From the NCBI GenBank assembly GCA_963783385.1, contig CAWANJ010000002.1, forward strand, positions 160,001 to 224,000: a DNA stretch of 64,000 nucleotides, written 5' to 3'. The position numbers and the translations under genes were made by a program. Shown in pieces: positions 39,652-50,205 of this stretch. The DNA is from an uncultured Gemmatimonadales bacterium (GTDB taxonomy: Bacteria > Gemmatimonadota > Gemmatimonadetes > Palauibacterales > Palauibacteraceae). Within the stretch, counting starts at the first letter, position 1. Each line of letters starts with the position of its first letter. The notes below the pieces were generated by a model, which saw only the letters and a program-made list of their open reading frames with translations, was not told the origin of the DNA and did not search any database.

Positions 39652-40859
39652 GGAGCCGGGGCGGCGTGGCGGGTCCCGGCCGGCTCCAGCATCTCGGCGG
39701 CCAGACGGGCCGCGCTGCGCCCGGCCCGCTCCACCTCTTCCGCCGTGGTCCCCGGTCCGAAGCTGAAGCGGAGCACGCCGTACGGTTCGTCCGACCCGGT
39801 TCCCGCGCCCATCGCGTCCAGGACGTGCGAGGAGTGGTGGGCCCCGCTGCTGCAGGCCGAGCCGGCGGACAGCGCCACGCCCTCCAGGTCGAGGGTGACG
39901 AGCAGCTCGGCCGCGTCCGCCCCCGGGAGGCCCACGCTCAGGATGTTCGGCAGCCGTTCCGGAGCGCCCGCGCCGTGCATGCGCACGCCGGGGACCCTGG
40001 CCTCCAGACGACCGGCCAGCTCATCCCTGAGCTCCCGCCAGCGGGCGGCCGAGCCCGGGAGGGCCTCGACGGCCAGACGCGCCGCCTCGGCGAAGCCCAC
40101 GGCCGCCAGCGGATTCTGCGTCCCGGGCCACAGCCCGCGCTCCTGGGAGCCGCCGAAGGTCAGGGGCTCGAGCCGGAGCCCCTCGCGCACGACCAGGAGC
40201 CCGATGCCGACCGGACCTCCGAGCTTGTGTGCGGTCACCGTGAGGAGGTCGGCCCCCGAGGCCTCGCGGGACACCGGCACCTTTCCGAACGCCTGAACGG
40301 CGTCCGTGTGGAGGAAAGCGCCGCGCGCGTGGGCCATGCGCGCCGCCTCGGCCACGGGCTGGATCGACCCGACCTCGTTGTTGGCCCACATGAGGGACAC
40401 GAGGCACGGGCCCCCACGGGCCTCGTCGAGGGCGGCTTCCAGCGCGGCGAGCCTGACGACCCCGTGGCCGTCCACCGGGAGGTGGACGAGGTGCGCCCCC
40501 TCGCGCTCGGCCTGACGGGCGGCTTCCAGGACGGCCTTGTGCTCGATGGCCGACACGAGGAGTGTCGGCCGGCGCCCGGCATGCGCGCGCGCGAAGCCGA
40601 GCACGGCCAGGTTGTCGGCCTGAGTCCCGCCGGCGGTGAACCGAAGCTCCGAGACCGGCGCTCCGAGGAGACCGGCGAGCCGTCCGCGCGCCTCCTCGAG
40701 ACGGCTGCGTGCCCGGCTCCCGAACCCGTGGGAGCTCGCGGCGTTGAAGTCGGCCTCGCCGAGCGCTGCCTGCATGGCGGCCCACACCTCGCCGCGCAGG
40801 GGCGAGGTGGCGGCGTGGTCCAGGTAGATTCGCTCGCCGTCGGCAGGGTGGTCGCGCAT
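39648..40859 (-). CDS. iscS: Cysteine desulfurase (IscS-like)
   Basis: YLDHAATSP, ANNEVG, HTDAVQ, TAHKLGGP, SAGSACSS. Confidence 0.92.
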   Translation of the reverse strand: MRDHPADGERIYLDHAATSPLRGEVWAAMQAALGEADFNAASSHGFGSRARSRLEEARGRLAGLLGAPVSELRFTAGGTQADNLAVLGFARAHAGRRPTLLVSAIEHKAVLEAARQAEREGAHLVHLPVDGHGVVRLAALEAALDEARGGPCLVSLMWANNEVGSIQPVAEAARMAHARGAFLHTDAVQAFGKVPVSREASGADLLTVTAHKLGGPVGIGLLVVREGLRLEPLTFGGSQERGLWPGTQNPLAAVGFAEAARLAVEALPGSAARWRELRDELAGRLEARVPGVRMHGAGAPERLPNILSVGLPGADAAELLVTLDLEGVALSAGSACSSGAHHSSHVLDAMGAGTGSDEPYGVLRFSFGPGTTAEEVERAGRSAARLAAEMLEPAGTRHAAPAP

Positions 40860-40968
40860 GGCGAATTCCGCACCAGGGTTCAGGGTCACGTGGGGACGTC
40901 CGGGAGCGCCGGCGCCCCGGCGCCCGTCCGGTCCTTCATATCCGGAGCCGCGGGTGGAGTTCCTGCAG

Positions 40969-41007
40969 CGGAAGGATCTTCCGACGTCCCCGAGGACGCG
41001 CTAGCTT
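40969..41007 (+). promoter_or_regulatory. Candidate promoter with overlapping palindrome upstream of the HIRAN gene
   Basis: TTCCGA-N17-TAGCTT; CGGAAG-gat-CTTCCG overlaps the -35. Confidence 0.4.
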
Positions 41008-41068
41008 CAGACTGCGGCTCATCGCAGCCATCCACCAGCGTGCGCCTCCGACCGTGCCAGGGAGGATC

Positions 41069-41443
41069 ATGGACCCCGACGCTTTCTGCTCCGAGACTCT
41101 TCCTCCGCCCGCCGCCTCGCTGTTCCGAGCCACCGTCCACGGACTCGCCTTCGCCGGCCGCAGCCGACACCTGATGAACCTGGACGGCGAGGACCATCTC
41201 CTGCTCATTCCCGATCCACCCGGCGGCCATCCGGAACAGGTGTGGGTCCACCTTCGGGAAGGGGATCCGCTCGGGCACCTCCCGGACGAGATCGGCGGCT
41301 GGCTGGCCCCCTGGATGCGGAGCGGAGGCCGAGCTCACGCGCGGGTGGTGCGCGTGGGGGACGAGAGCGTGCCCAGCTGGAAGCGCCTCCTGGTGGAGGT
41401 CGTGTGCGGGGAAGGACGTGGGGGTCCACCGGCCACCACCTGA
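41069..41443 (+). CDS. Stand-alone HIRAN-domain-like protein
   Basis: GGAGG RBS; VHGLAF...LLLIPDPP...VWVHL...LGHLPDEI...LAPWM. Confidence 0.7.
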   Translation: MDPDAFCSETLPPPAASLFRATVHGLAFAGRSRHLMNLDGEDHLLLIPDPPGGHPEQVWVHLREGDPLGHLPDEIGGWLAPWMRSGGRAHARVVRVGDESVPSWKRLLVEVVCGEGRGGPPATT

Positions 41444-41461
41444 GGCGGCGGGGACGCGGGG

Positions 41462-42232
41462 TCACATCGAACGCACGCCCAGCGTCGTCACGTCGTCCAC
41501 CTCCACCGTCTCCTCGGTCCAGAAGGGCTCGCCGTAGGGCCGGCGGATCAGCGACCCGTAGTGCCGATTCTGCGTCTCGATCAGGTCGTACAGGTCCTGT
41601 CCCGTGGGAAAGATCTCGCCGGCCGCGTCCTTCCCGTCGAACTGCGACGCGTAGCAGTGGATCGCCTCCATCTTGCGCTCGAACTGCCGGCCGATGTCCA
41701 CCACGAACGTCGGCTTGAGCGGGTCCTCCCGGTAGCTGAGCGCGTACAGGACCTTGAGCGGACGGTGCGGCTCGCCGTCTCCGTACCGTGAGAGGCCCGC
41801 GAGATAGCAGGCATCACGGGAGAGCTCGGAGGCGATCCGGTGATCCGGGTGGCGTCCGCGAGGAAAGGGAAGGATGACGGTCCGGGGCCGCAGGCCGCGC
41901 ACGAGTCCCACCAGGCGGCGGCGGCTCTCATCGGTGTTGAACAGGCCGGCATCGGGCAGGCCCGCGTTGAGCCGGGCCACGACGCCCAGCACGCCCGCCG
42001 CCCGCTCGGCCTCCTCGCCGCGCAGCTCCGCCGAGCCCCGGGTCCCCATCTCACCCAGGGTGAGGTCGACGATGGCCGTCCGGTGACCCTGGTCGGCGGC
42101 GCGGAGGAGGGTGCCCCCGCAGGTGAGCTCCACGTCGTCCCGGTGCGCCGCGATCGCCAGGAGGTCGACGGGACCGATCGCCCGTGCGCGGGCGGCGAGC
42201 TCCTCGGCCCCCGTCTTCTCCTCGTCGCTCAT
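41462..42232 (-). CDS. bshB1: Bacillithiol biosynthesis deacetylase (PIG-L family)
   Basis: AHRDDVELTCGG, DLTLGEMGTRGS, RHPDH, YASQF. Confidence 0.88.
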   Translation of the reverse strand: MSDEEKTGAEELAARARAIGPVDLLAIAAHRDDVELTCGGTLLRAADQGHRTAIVDLTLGEMGTRGSAELRGEEAERAAGVLGVVARLNAGLPDAGLFNTDESRRRLVGLVRGLRPRTVILPFPRGRHPDHRIASELSRDACYLAGLSRYGDGEPHRPLKVLYALSYREDPLKPTFVVDIGRQFERKMEAIHCYASQFDGKDAAGEIFPTGQDLYDLIETQNRHYGSLIRRPYGEPFWTEETVEVDDVTTLGVRSM

Positions 42233-42284
42233 CGCCCACCTCCCGCTGCCCGGCCCCCGGCGCGGCCCACGGGGCCGCCGGCCT

Positions 42285-43556
42285 TCACTCGTAGCGCAGC
42301 GCCTCGACGGGGTCGAGGCGTGCGCCGCGGGAAGCAGGGTAGAGACCGAAGCCGATCCCCGTCAACGCGGACACCCCGAGTGCCGCCACCACGGACCACA
42401 GCGGCACGGTGGCCGGGATCGGCGTCCAGCGGTCGATCGCCCACACGATGGCGCCGCCGATCGCCATGCCGGTGGCGCCTCCGACCAGCGTCACGGTGGA
42501 CGCCTCGACGAGGAACTGCCACAGGATGTCGCTGCGCCGGGCGCCCAGCGCCTTCCGGACCCCGATCTCCCGCGTACGCTCGGTGACCGAGATCATCATG
42601 ATCCCGATGACGCCCACGCCGCCCACCATGAGCCCCACGCTGGACAGCGCGAACATGACCGTGAACAGGGCCGTGGTGAGCTGACCCCACAGCTTGAGGA
42701 TCTCGTCCTGGGTGATGATGGCGAAATTGTCCTTCTGGCCGGGGTGCAGCCGCCGGATCTGCCGCATCTTCCCCTCGACCTGGTCCATGGCCACGTCGAT
42801 GGGCACGCCGTCCTTCGGGGTCACGACGAAAGTGATGAGCCGGTGCCAGAAGGGCACGTACTCCCAGGCGGATTCGAACGGTATGAGCATGTAGTGGGAC
42901 ACGAATCCTGCGAACAGGTTGTCGGCCCTGCGATAGGTGCCGACCACCTGGAAGGGGGTCGCGGTGCCCTGGCCCGACGGCGAGGCGATGGTGAACTGTC
43001 GCTGGAGCGGGTCGCGCCCCTCGTACAGGTCCTCGGCCACCTGAGAGTCGACCACGGCCACCGGCCGGCCACGCTTGGCCTCGGTCGAGGTGAAGAAGCG
43101 CCCGTCCTCGAGCTGGCCGTTGTCCGTCTCCAGGAAGTCGGCCGCCACGGCCACCAGCGCGATGCCGATGTCGCGGTCGCGGTGCCGCGCCTTGTAGCCG
43201 CTCTGGCTCAGGTCGGCGATCGCGTCGGCGCTCTTGATGGCCGGGAGCTGCGCGAGCTGATCGGCCCAGCGCGGCTCCAGCGGCGGGTTCTTCATGAACG
43301 CGGACTCCTCCTCCTCGGTGCCGGTCGTTATGCCGCCGCCCTGGGGGGCGTGGGCCACGTAGAAGGTGGTGGGACCCCGCGAGGAGATGAGCTCGGTGAA
43401 GCTGTCGTTGATCCCGGTGATGGCCGCGGCCATCACCATGACGACCATCACCCCGATGGTCACGCCGAGGATCGTGAGGCCGCTGCGCACCTTGTTGGCG
43501 CGCAGGGAGTCCAGCGCGATGACGATGCCCTCGCCCAGGGCGACGAGCCAGCTCAT
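42285..43556 (-). CDS. MacB/FtsX-type ABC permease
   Basis: NKVRSGLTILG, GGVGVIGIMMISVTERTREIGVRKALGA, LDPVEALRYE. Confidence 0.93.
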   Translation of the reverse strand: MSWLVALGEGIVIALDSLRANKVRSGLTILGVTIGVMVVMVMAAAITGINDSFTELISSRGPTTFYVAHAPQGGGITTGTEEEESAFMKNPPLEPRWADQLAQLPAIKSADAIADLSQSGYKARHRDRDIGIALVAVAADFLETDNGQLEDGRFFTSTEAKRGRPVAVVDSQVAEDLYEGRDPLQRQFTIASPSGQGTATPFQVVGTYRRADNLFAGFVSHYMLIPFESAWEYVPFWHRLITFVVTPKDGVPIDVAMDQVEGKMRQIRRLHPGQKDNFAIITQDEILKLWGQLTTALFTVMFALSSVGLMVGGVGVIGIMMISVTERTREIGVRKALGARRSDILWQFLVEASTVTLVGGATGMAIGGAIVWAIDRWTPIPATVPLWSVVAALGVSALTGIGFGLYPASRGARLDPVEALRYE

Positions 43557-43569
43557 CCCTCCACCCTCC

Positions 43570-44814
43570 TCACTCGGCGTGCAAAGCGACGATGGGGTCC
43601 AGCCGCGCGGCCCGGCTGGCCGGGTAGACGCCCGAGACCAGTCCCACCACAACACCGAGCGCCACGGCCAGGGCCAGCGACCACAGGGGCGTGGACGCGG
43701 GCAGCGGCGTGAGGGCGTGCACGATCCGGGCGAGGCCTACGCCGATCCCGACCCCGAGGCCGGCGCCCATGAGGCTGAGGACCGACGACTCGGCCAGGAA
43801 CTGGACGAGCACGTCGCTCTGACGGGCGCCCACGGCCTTGCGTAGCCCGATCTCGCGCGTCCGCTGCGAAACGGACACGAGCATGATGTTCATGATCACG
43901 ATGCCGCCGACGACGAGGGCGATGGACACCAGGCCCGGCAGCACGGTGAGGAGGACGTTGTTGATCTTGTCCCAGGCGCTCAGCAGACCGCTCGACGTCT
44001 GGATGTCGAAGTTGTTGTCCCGTGCCGGGCGCAGCCTGCGGTCGGCACGGAGCCCTCCCTCGACGGCCGCCATGGCGTCGTTCATCGCCTTCTCGGTCGG
44101 GGCCTTGACCGAGATCTCATCGAGCTTGCCCGGATCGCGCGACAGCGTCTGGTCGTAGGCGGAGAAAGGCAGGAGGATGGCCGCGTCCCAGATGCCTCCG
44201 AGCAGGCCGCCCCGCTTCTCGAACACGCCCACGACCTGGAAGCGGTAGGGCCCTACCCGGATCTCCTTCCCGAGCGGCGATTCGGTCGGGAACAGCTTCT
44301 GGGCGATGTCCGGCCCGATGACGGCGACCTTGAGCCCACGGCTCTCGTCCAGGGGCGACAGCCCCCGTCCCTGGGCCACGTCCCAGCCCTGTACCGTCGC
44401 GTAGCCTTCCGAGGCACCGATCACCCGGATGTTCTTCCGCTCCCGCTCCCCGTAGCGGACCTGGTCGAAGCCGCGGTCCGAGTCCCACGTCACCGTGACG
44501 CCCGGCGGCGCCGAGCGGCGCACCACGTCCACGTCGTGCACGGTGAGCCGCGGATTCCGGGCGTAGCGACGGCGCTGCTCCTCCGTTGTCCGGCCCGTCC
44601 GGATGGTGGGGCGCCGCACGATCGTGAAGGTGTTGATTCCGAAGATCGCTCCGGCGAAGTCTTCCCGCACGTACCGGTTCATGCCCTCCACGATCGTGAT
44701 CACCGCGATCAGGAAGGTGATGCCGATGATGACGCCGATGAGGGAGAAGAACGACTTGAGCTTGTGCGCCCAGATCTGGCTCAGCGCGAGGCGGAGGCCC
44801 TCGAGGAGTGGCAC
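43570..44814 (-). CDS. MacB/FtsX-type ABC permease
   Basis: HKLKSFFSLIG, GGIVIMNIMLVSVSQRTREIGLRKAVGA, LDPIVALHAE. Confidence 0.93.
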   Translation of the reverse strand: MPLLEGLRLALSQIWAHKLKSFFSLIGVIIGITFLIAVITIVEGMNRYVREDFAGAIFGINTFTIVRRPTIRTGRTTEEQRRRYARNPRLTVHDVDVVRRSAPPGVTVTWDSDRGFDQVRYGERERKNIRVIGASEGYATVQGWDVAQGRGLSPLDESRGLKVAVIGPDIAQKLFPTESPLGKEIRVGPYRFQVVGVFEKRGGLLGGIWDAAILLPFSAYDQTLSRDPGKLDEISVKAPTEKAMNDAMAAVEGGLRADRRLRPARDNNFDIQTSSGLLSAWDKINNVLLTVLPGLVSIALVVGGIVIMNIMLVSVSQRTREIGLRKAVGARQSDVLVQFLAESSVLSLMGAGLGVGIGVGLARIVHALTPLPASTPLWSLALAVALGVVVGLVSGVYPASRAARLDPIVALHAE

Positions 44815-44838
44815 GTGCGTCGCCTGCGATCCGGGGCG

Positions 44839-45599
<761 letters not shown>

Positions 45600-45603
<4 letters not shown>

Positions 45604-46928
45604 GAACCCTCTGCGGTGTCGCCCCCGGTCGCCGCATCGCGGCGACCGGCGGCGCTGTCCATGCTCGCGGTCCCGGCGCCCCGGTCGACCTTCTCGACCC
45701 GGACCGTGCCTCCGTCCCGGAGCTCCCGGATCGTCTTGTAAGGCCCCGACACGACCGTGTCCCCCTCGGCGATCCCGCTCAGGACCTCGAAGTAGGCGTC
45801 GCCGGCGATGCCTACGCGCACGGGGACGAAGTGGACCCCATCGCCGCGGAGCTGGAATACCCCCTCGGCTTCGTCCGGCTCCCCGCCCGACGTGCTGTCG
45901 GGCGCCGGGCCCGTCGCGGTGCTGTCCCGGAGGGTCAGTGCGATGATCGGCACGGCCAGGGCGTTCCGGCGTGTCGCGGTCACGATGTCGGCCGTCGCCG
46001 AAAGGTCGGGGCGAATGCCCGTGGGCGGCCTGTCGATCTGGATGCGGACCTCGAAGTCCACGGCCTGATCGGACGTGCTCTGGGACGCCGTGGCACTCCG
46101 ACTGCTCCGGTCCTGCATGGCGCTGCTGGCGACCTTCACCACCCGCCCCGCGAACGCCGAATCCGGCCAGGCGTCGATTTCGACCGAGGCCGAGTCACCG
46201 ACGTGAATCATCGGGATGTCGGTCTCGTCCACCTGGACCACCGCCTCCATCACCGACAGGTCGGCCACGGTCAGCAGCAGGCTGCCCGGGTTGTTCATGG
46301 TTCCCACGATGGCCGTCTCTCCCTTCTGGACGTTGAGGCGGCTCACGATGCCGTCGATCGGGGCCTTGATCACGGTCTTGTTGAGCCGATCCCTGGCCTC
46401 TTCGAGCGAGGCGTCCGCCTGCGATACGGAGTGCTGCGCGGACTCCCACAGCGCCGTCTGCACCTCGGACTTGGTGCGCGTCTGCTCGACCTCCTGGTCG
46501 GTGACCAGGTCGGGCGTACGCTTCTTCAGCTCGCGAACCCGGTCCCAGTCCCGCCCGGCCTGATCGGCACTGGCCTTGGCCTGCGCCGCTCCCGCCTTCG
46601 CCTGCGCGAGCTGCGCTTCGGCCTGCCGCACGGCGGCCTGGTACTGGGTCGGATCGATGACCAGAAGGAGGTCGCCCTCCTTCACGCGCTGGCCTTCCTG
46701 GACGGGGAGCTGGACGATGCGGCCCGAGATGTCCGCGCTGATGTCGACGGACTGCTTGGCCTCAATGTGGCCGCTGGCGTTGACGTGCGACACCAGGTCG
46801 TGGCGCCCCACGACTTCGGCCCGCACCTCCGGTCCGGCGCCGCGCCTGGCGCCCATCGCCCGGATCACGAGCACGGCGATCACGAGCAGGACGCCGGCGC
46901 CGATGGCGATCTTCCCTTTTCGGCTCAT
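45600..46928 (-). CDS. Efflux periplasmic adaptor (MacA/HlyD-like)
   Basis: N-terminal [39 protein letters not shown]. Confidence 0.93.
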
Positions 46929-47068
46929 CTATCGGGTAGTCCTTGCCTTGAAAGACCGGATCGAAGTTCGTGAGATCGCTGGTTCGTACGGCTCTGGCCG
47001 GGGAAAGGTTTCGCGGACCGGGAGGACCCTGCGGCCCACGTCTCGGTCCGTGCCGTCAAGGGAACACC

Positions 47069-47112
47069 CCGGAGCCCGGCCCCGCTTAACCGGCCCGGCC
47101 GCCGGGCTCCGG
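47069..47112. terminator. GC-rich inverted repeat after yip1
   Basis: CCGGAGCCCGGC-N20-GCCGGGCTCCGG; no clear U tract. Confidence 0.35.
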
Positions 47113-47130
47113 CGGCCGAGCCGCCCGACG

Positions 47131-47889
47131 TCAACGAGCGAAGATGGCCTGGACGGCCTTGAGCGCGAGGTAGAGCCCGAGCACCAGTCCGATGCAGCTG
47201 CCGGCCGACCGCTTGGGGTAGATCCGGCTCAGGGCGACGCCGAGCACCACCGCCGCCCACACGCCGAAGAAGCCGATCCCATGCAGGAAGCGGTACGCGT
47301 AGCCCGCCTGGTCGAGGCCGGGAGCGAGCAGGTCGAGGGTGAGGGTGGCCTGCAGGTCCTTGGCCTTGATGATGACGGGCAGGGTGACGAGGCCGCCGAT
47401 CGTCGGTATGAGGAAGGTGTGGCTCGTGGCCGAGAGGACGCTGCGGAAGCCGGCCTCGCCGCCCATCCCCATCTCGTAGATCAGGAAGAACACCGCGGAG
47501 ACGACCACGATGACCAGCGGCATGAAGATGATGGGACCCACGAACCGGAAGATCCGGGCCACGGCCAGCCCCTTCTGGATGGCCTCCGCCGGCGCGTCGG
47601 GCCGGCTCCGCAGCATCTGCTGTCGGATCGACTCGGTGATGACGTCCGAGGGAATGAGCACGGACGTGAGCAGCGTGAGGCCGACGACCAGGAGGAGCGC
47701 GCCCAGCCACTTCGGCTGGCTACGGAGCGCTTCGAACAGCTTCCCGGGCGACACGAACAGCTGATAGGTCCGGACGGCCAGGTTCGGGAGGCGGGGCTCC
47801 GTAGTCGCTCCGCCTTCTCCGCCCGGCGCCCCGGGCCCCATCGATCCCGACTCGACACCTCCGACACCCACGTCGTCGCTCGCGGCCAT
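47131..47889 (-). CDS. Yip1-family membrane protein (YknW-like)
   Basis: FVSPGKLFEAL...PKWLGALL; several TM helices; upstream of MFP/ABC genes. Confidence 0.8.
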   Translation of the reverse strand: MAASDDVGVGGVESGSMGPGAPGGEGGATTEPRLPNLAVRTYQLFVSPGKLFEALRSQPKWLGALLLVVGLTLLTSVLIPSDVITESIRQQMLRSRPDAPAEAIQKGLAVARIFRFVGPIIFMPLVIVVVSAVFFLIYEMGMGGEAGFRSVLSATSHTFLIPTIGGLVTLPVIIKAKDLQATLTLDLLAPGLDQAGYAYRFLHGIGFFGVWAAVVLGVALSRIYPKRSAGSCIGLVLGLYLALKAVQAIFAR

Positions 47890-47892
47890 GGC

Positions 47893-48669
47893 TCACCTCG
47901 TCATGCTGGATCGCGTGGCGGTCCACTGGCGATCGGGACGCCGAACCTGGAGGACCCGTCCCTGGTCGTCGAGCCAGACCTGGATCCGCTCGCCGTCCAG
48001 CGTGACCTCGTATCGGGTCGCCGCCCGTTCCTGTCCGGCCGCGCGGATGCTGTCGGATCCCGCGGAACGGACCTGTATCGTCGCCTGCTCACCGAGCGAG
48101 GGAACGATCACCGACGTGGACCAGGAGGAGCCGCCACCGAGGGCGGCGTGCTCACGGAACAGCGTATAATACTCGTGAGCGATCCCCGGCTCCAGCAGAG
48201 CGAGGCCGGGGGAGGCGACGAACTGGCGGGAGCGATTCCCCTCGTCCGACGTGATCTGGAGACGGATACGCGGACCGTCCCGGTGGGCGACCACGTTGTG
48301 AAGGTCGCCGGCGCGCGGCTTGAGCTGGAAGAGCTCGGGTCGAAACGTCGTGTCGGTCTGGAGCCAGACCTGCTCCGGGACGAAGGGCGGCCGGGCGGAG
48401 TCCAGGCTGACGACCCCGACGGCCTTGATCGCCGCACCCTCCTTCCGGATGACGAAGGTCTCGCGGCCGGCGTGGCGGCCCGCGATGGTGATGTCGAACG
48501 ATCCTTCGTCCAGCGTCCTGGCGGCCTGGGCGCGGCCCGGGACGGGGAGGGCGAAGACGGCGACGGCGGCCAGCAGTCCGACGCACGTCCATCCAACCCG
48601 GGCCGTCCAACCACGCGCGGCGTGCAGGATCGTGGTTCCCCGGCCGCGTGACCTTCGCTCAGTCCGCAT
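47893..48669 (-). CDS. Secreted beta-strand-rich hypothetical protein
   Basis: Signal peptide ending GRAQA; AGRETFVI...WLDDQGRVLQV. Confidence 0.7.
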   Translation of the reverse strand: MRTERRSRGRGTTILHAARGWTARVGWTCVGLLAAVAVFALPVPGRAQAARTLDEGSFDITIAGRHAGRETFVIRKEGAAIKAVGVVSLDSARPPFVPEQVWLQTDTTFRPELFQLKPRAGDLHNVVAHRDGPRIRLQITSDEGNRSRQFVASPGLALLEPGIAHEYYTLFREHAALGGGSSWSTSVIVPSLGEQATIQVRSAGSDSIRAAGQERAATRYEVTLDGERIQVWLDDQGRVLQVRRPDRQWTATRSSMTR

Positions 48670-49423
48670 GCTCCCCTCCTCCGTTCTCCAGAACGCGCTC
48701 CCCCAGGAACGCCACGAGATACTCGAACACCCTCCGACCCTTCTCGGCCGACCCGCGCGAGGGCCGTCCCACCACGCCCGGCGACCCCGGCAGCGGGACG
48801 GGCTCCTCTCCGACCAGAAGGCTTCTGAGCTCTTCCTCCTCCACCGGTGCGTCCCGCACGAGCGCCGCGTGGACCAGCTCCGGAGCGAGGTAGAGGAGGA
48901 GCGACGTCTCCAGCTCTCCGGCGTGCTCCTCCACGTGCGGGGTCTCGAGGAAGGCCTGCAGGTCGACCGCGTGAAGGTCCACCGCCCGGATACGGGCACG
49001 AGCGCTCACCACGGTCCCGATGGCCTGCAGGTGGGCTCCGAACCCGTGAGCCGTCAGCAGGTAGATCTCCTCTACCCCCTGATCCTCCCAGTTCTCCACC
49101 AGCTCGTTGAGCATCCGGTGCAGGGTCTTCCCTCGCACACAGCCGGATCCGGCATAGGCCTGCTCCGTCTCGGAGCCCACCCCATAGGGCAGGGTGGGGG
49201 CCAGCACGACCCCGTACTCCTGAGACAGTCGCGCGGCCAGGCGGGTCACGATCACGGTGTCCGTGCCAAGCGGCAGGTGGGGGCCGTGCTGCAGGAGGGT
49301 CCCCACCGGCACGAGGAGACGGGGATCGCGCCGGAAGTGCTCGTTCGCCTCCCTCCAGGAGAGGTCCGCGAGCCTCAGCGGTCCGGCGGAGGATCCGCGT
49401 TCGGGAAGCGTGGTGTCGGTCAT
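48659..49423 (-). CDS. Creatininase/MftE-family amidohydrolase with atypical active site
   Basis: LADLSWRE, PVGTLLQHGPHLPLGTD, HAGELETS, GVVGRPSRGSAEKG. Confidence 0.85.
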   Translation of the reverse strand: MTDTTLPERGSSAGPLRLADLSWREANEHFRRDPRLLVPVGTLLQHGPHLPLGTDTVIVTRLAARLSQEYGVVLAPTLPYGVGSETEQAYAGSGCVRGKTLHRMLNELVENWEDQGVEEIYLLTAHGFGAHLQAIGTVVSARARIRAVDLHAVDLQAFLETPHVEEHAGELETSLLLYLAPELVHAALVRDAPVEEEELRSLLVGEEPVPLPGSPGVVGRPSRGSAEKGRRVFEYLVAFLGERVLENGGGEHAD

Positions 49424-49615
49424 GAGCCGGCTCCGGGGCTCGGGAGGTCGGTGTGACGTGCGCGGGCGACACCGTAGGCGGCGGCGGTTTCGCGGGGCAA
49501 CCGGTCCGGGGTCCGCGACCCGCGGCACGCAGCCTGCCTGTACCCGGGGTGGTCCACTCTCAGGGGAGAGGCCGATCCGGGCCTGGATCCCCACGACAAT
49601 CTACCGGGAGGAACG

Positions 49616-50074
49616 ATGGTACGAGAGGGCGAGCGGGCGCCGGAGTTCGAGCTCGAGTCCGACCGCGGTGACACGGTGCGCCTCCAGGACTTCAGGGGAC
49701 GGCGCGTCGTGCTCTACTTCTACCCGAAGGACGACACGAGCGGTTGCACGAAGGAAGCGTGCGGGTTCCGGGACGCGATGCCCGAGCTGGAGGATCTCGA
49801 CGCGGTCGTGCTCGGCGTGAGCCCCGATGACGTGGGCTCTCATGTGAAGTTCCGGTCCAAGTATGGTCTCAACTTCCCCCTCCTGGCCGATCCGGAGCAC
49901 GAGGTGGCGAGCGCGTACGGCGTGTGGGGAACGAAGAAGACGTACGGACGCGAGTACCAGGGCATCCTGCGCACGACCTTCGTGATCGGTCCGGATGGAA
50001 CGGTCGAGAAGGTGTTCGAGAAGGTGAAGCCGGCCGCTCACGCGGACGAGGTCGTGGAGGCGCTGGATGCGTGA
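49616..50074 (+). CDS. bcp: Thioredoxin-dependent peroxiredoxin Bcp
   Basis: YFYPKDDTSGCTKEACGFRD. Confidence 0.95.
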   Translation: MVREGERAPEFELESDRGDTVRLQDFRGRRVVLYFYPKDDTSGCTKEACGFRDAMPELEDLDAVVLGVSPDDVGSHVKFRSKYGLNFPLLADPEHEVASAYGVWGTKKTYGREYQGILRTTFVIGPDGTVEKVFEKVKPAAHADEVVEALDA

Positions 50075-50205
50075 CGGCGCCGCAGCCCGCGGATCGGGCC
50101 GGCTGCGCCCCGAACCATAGAGCCACGCCCCGGCACGCGTTCTCCGCGGTGGGGACCGCACCCGGTCGTTGAGAGCGCGTTCAGCGCTCCGGCCCATCGT
50201 CGGAC

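Noticed and set aside
49540-49592. TPP-like (minus-strand CTGAGA...ACCC) or glycine-like (CTCTCAGG) riboswitch fragments
   Set aside because: Other essential elements (ACCTGAT...GGGA for TPP, CCGAAG for glycine) are absent and the gene context does not fit.
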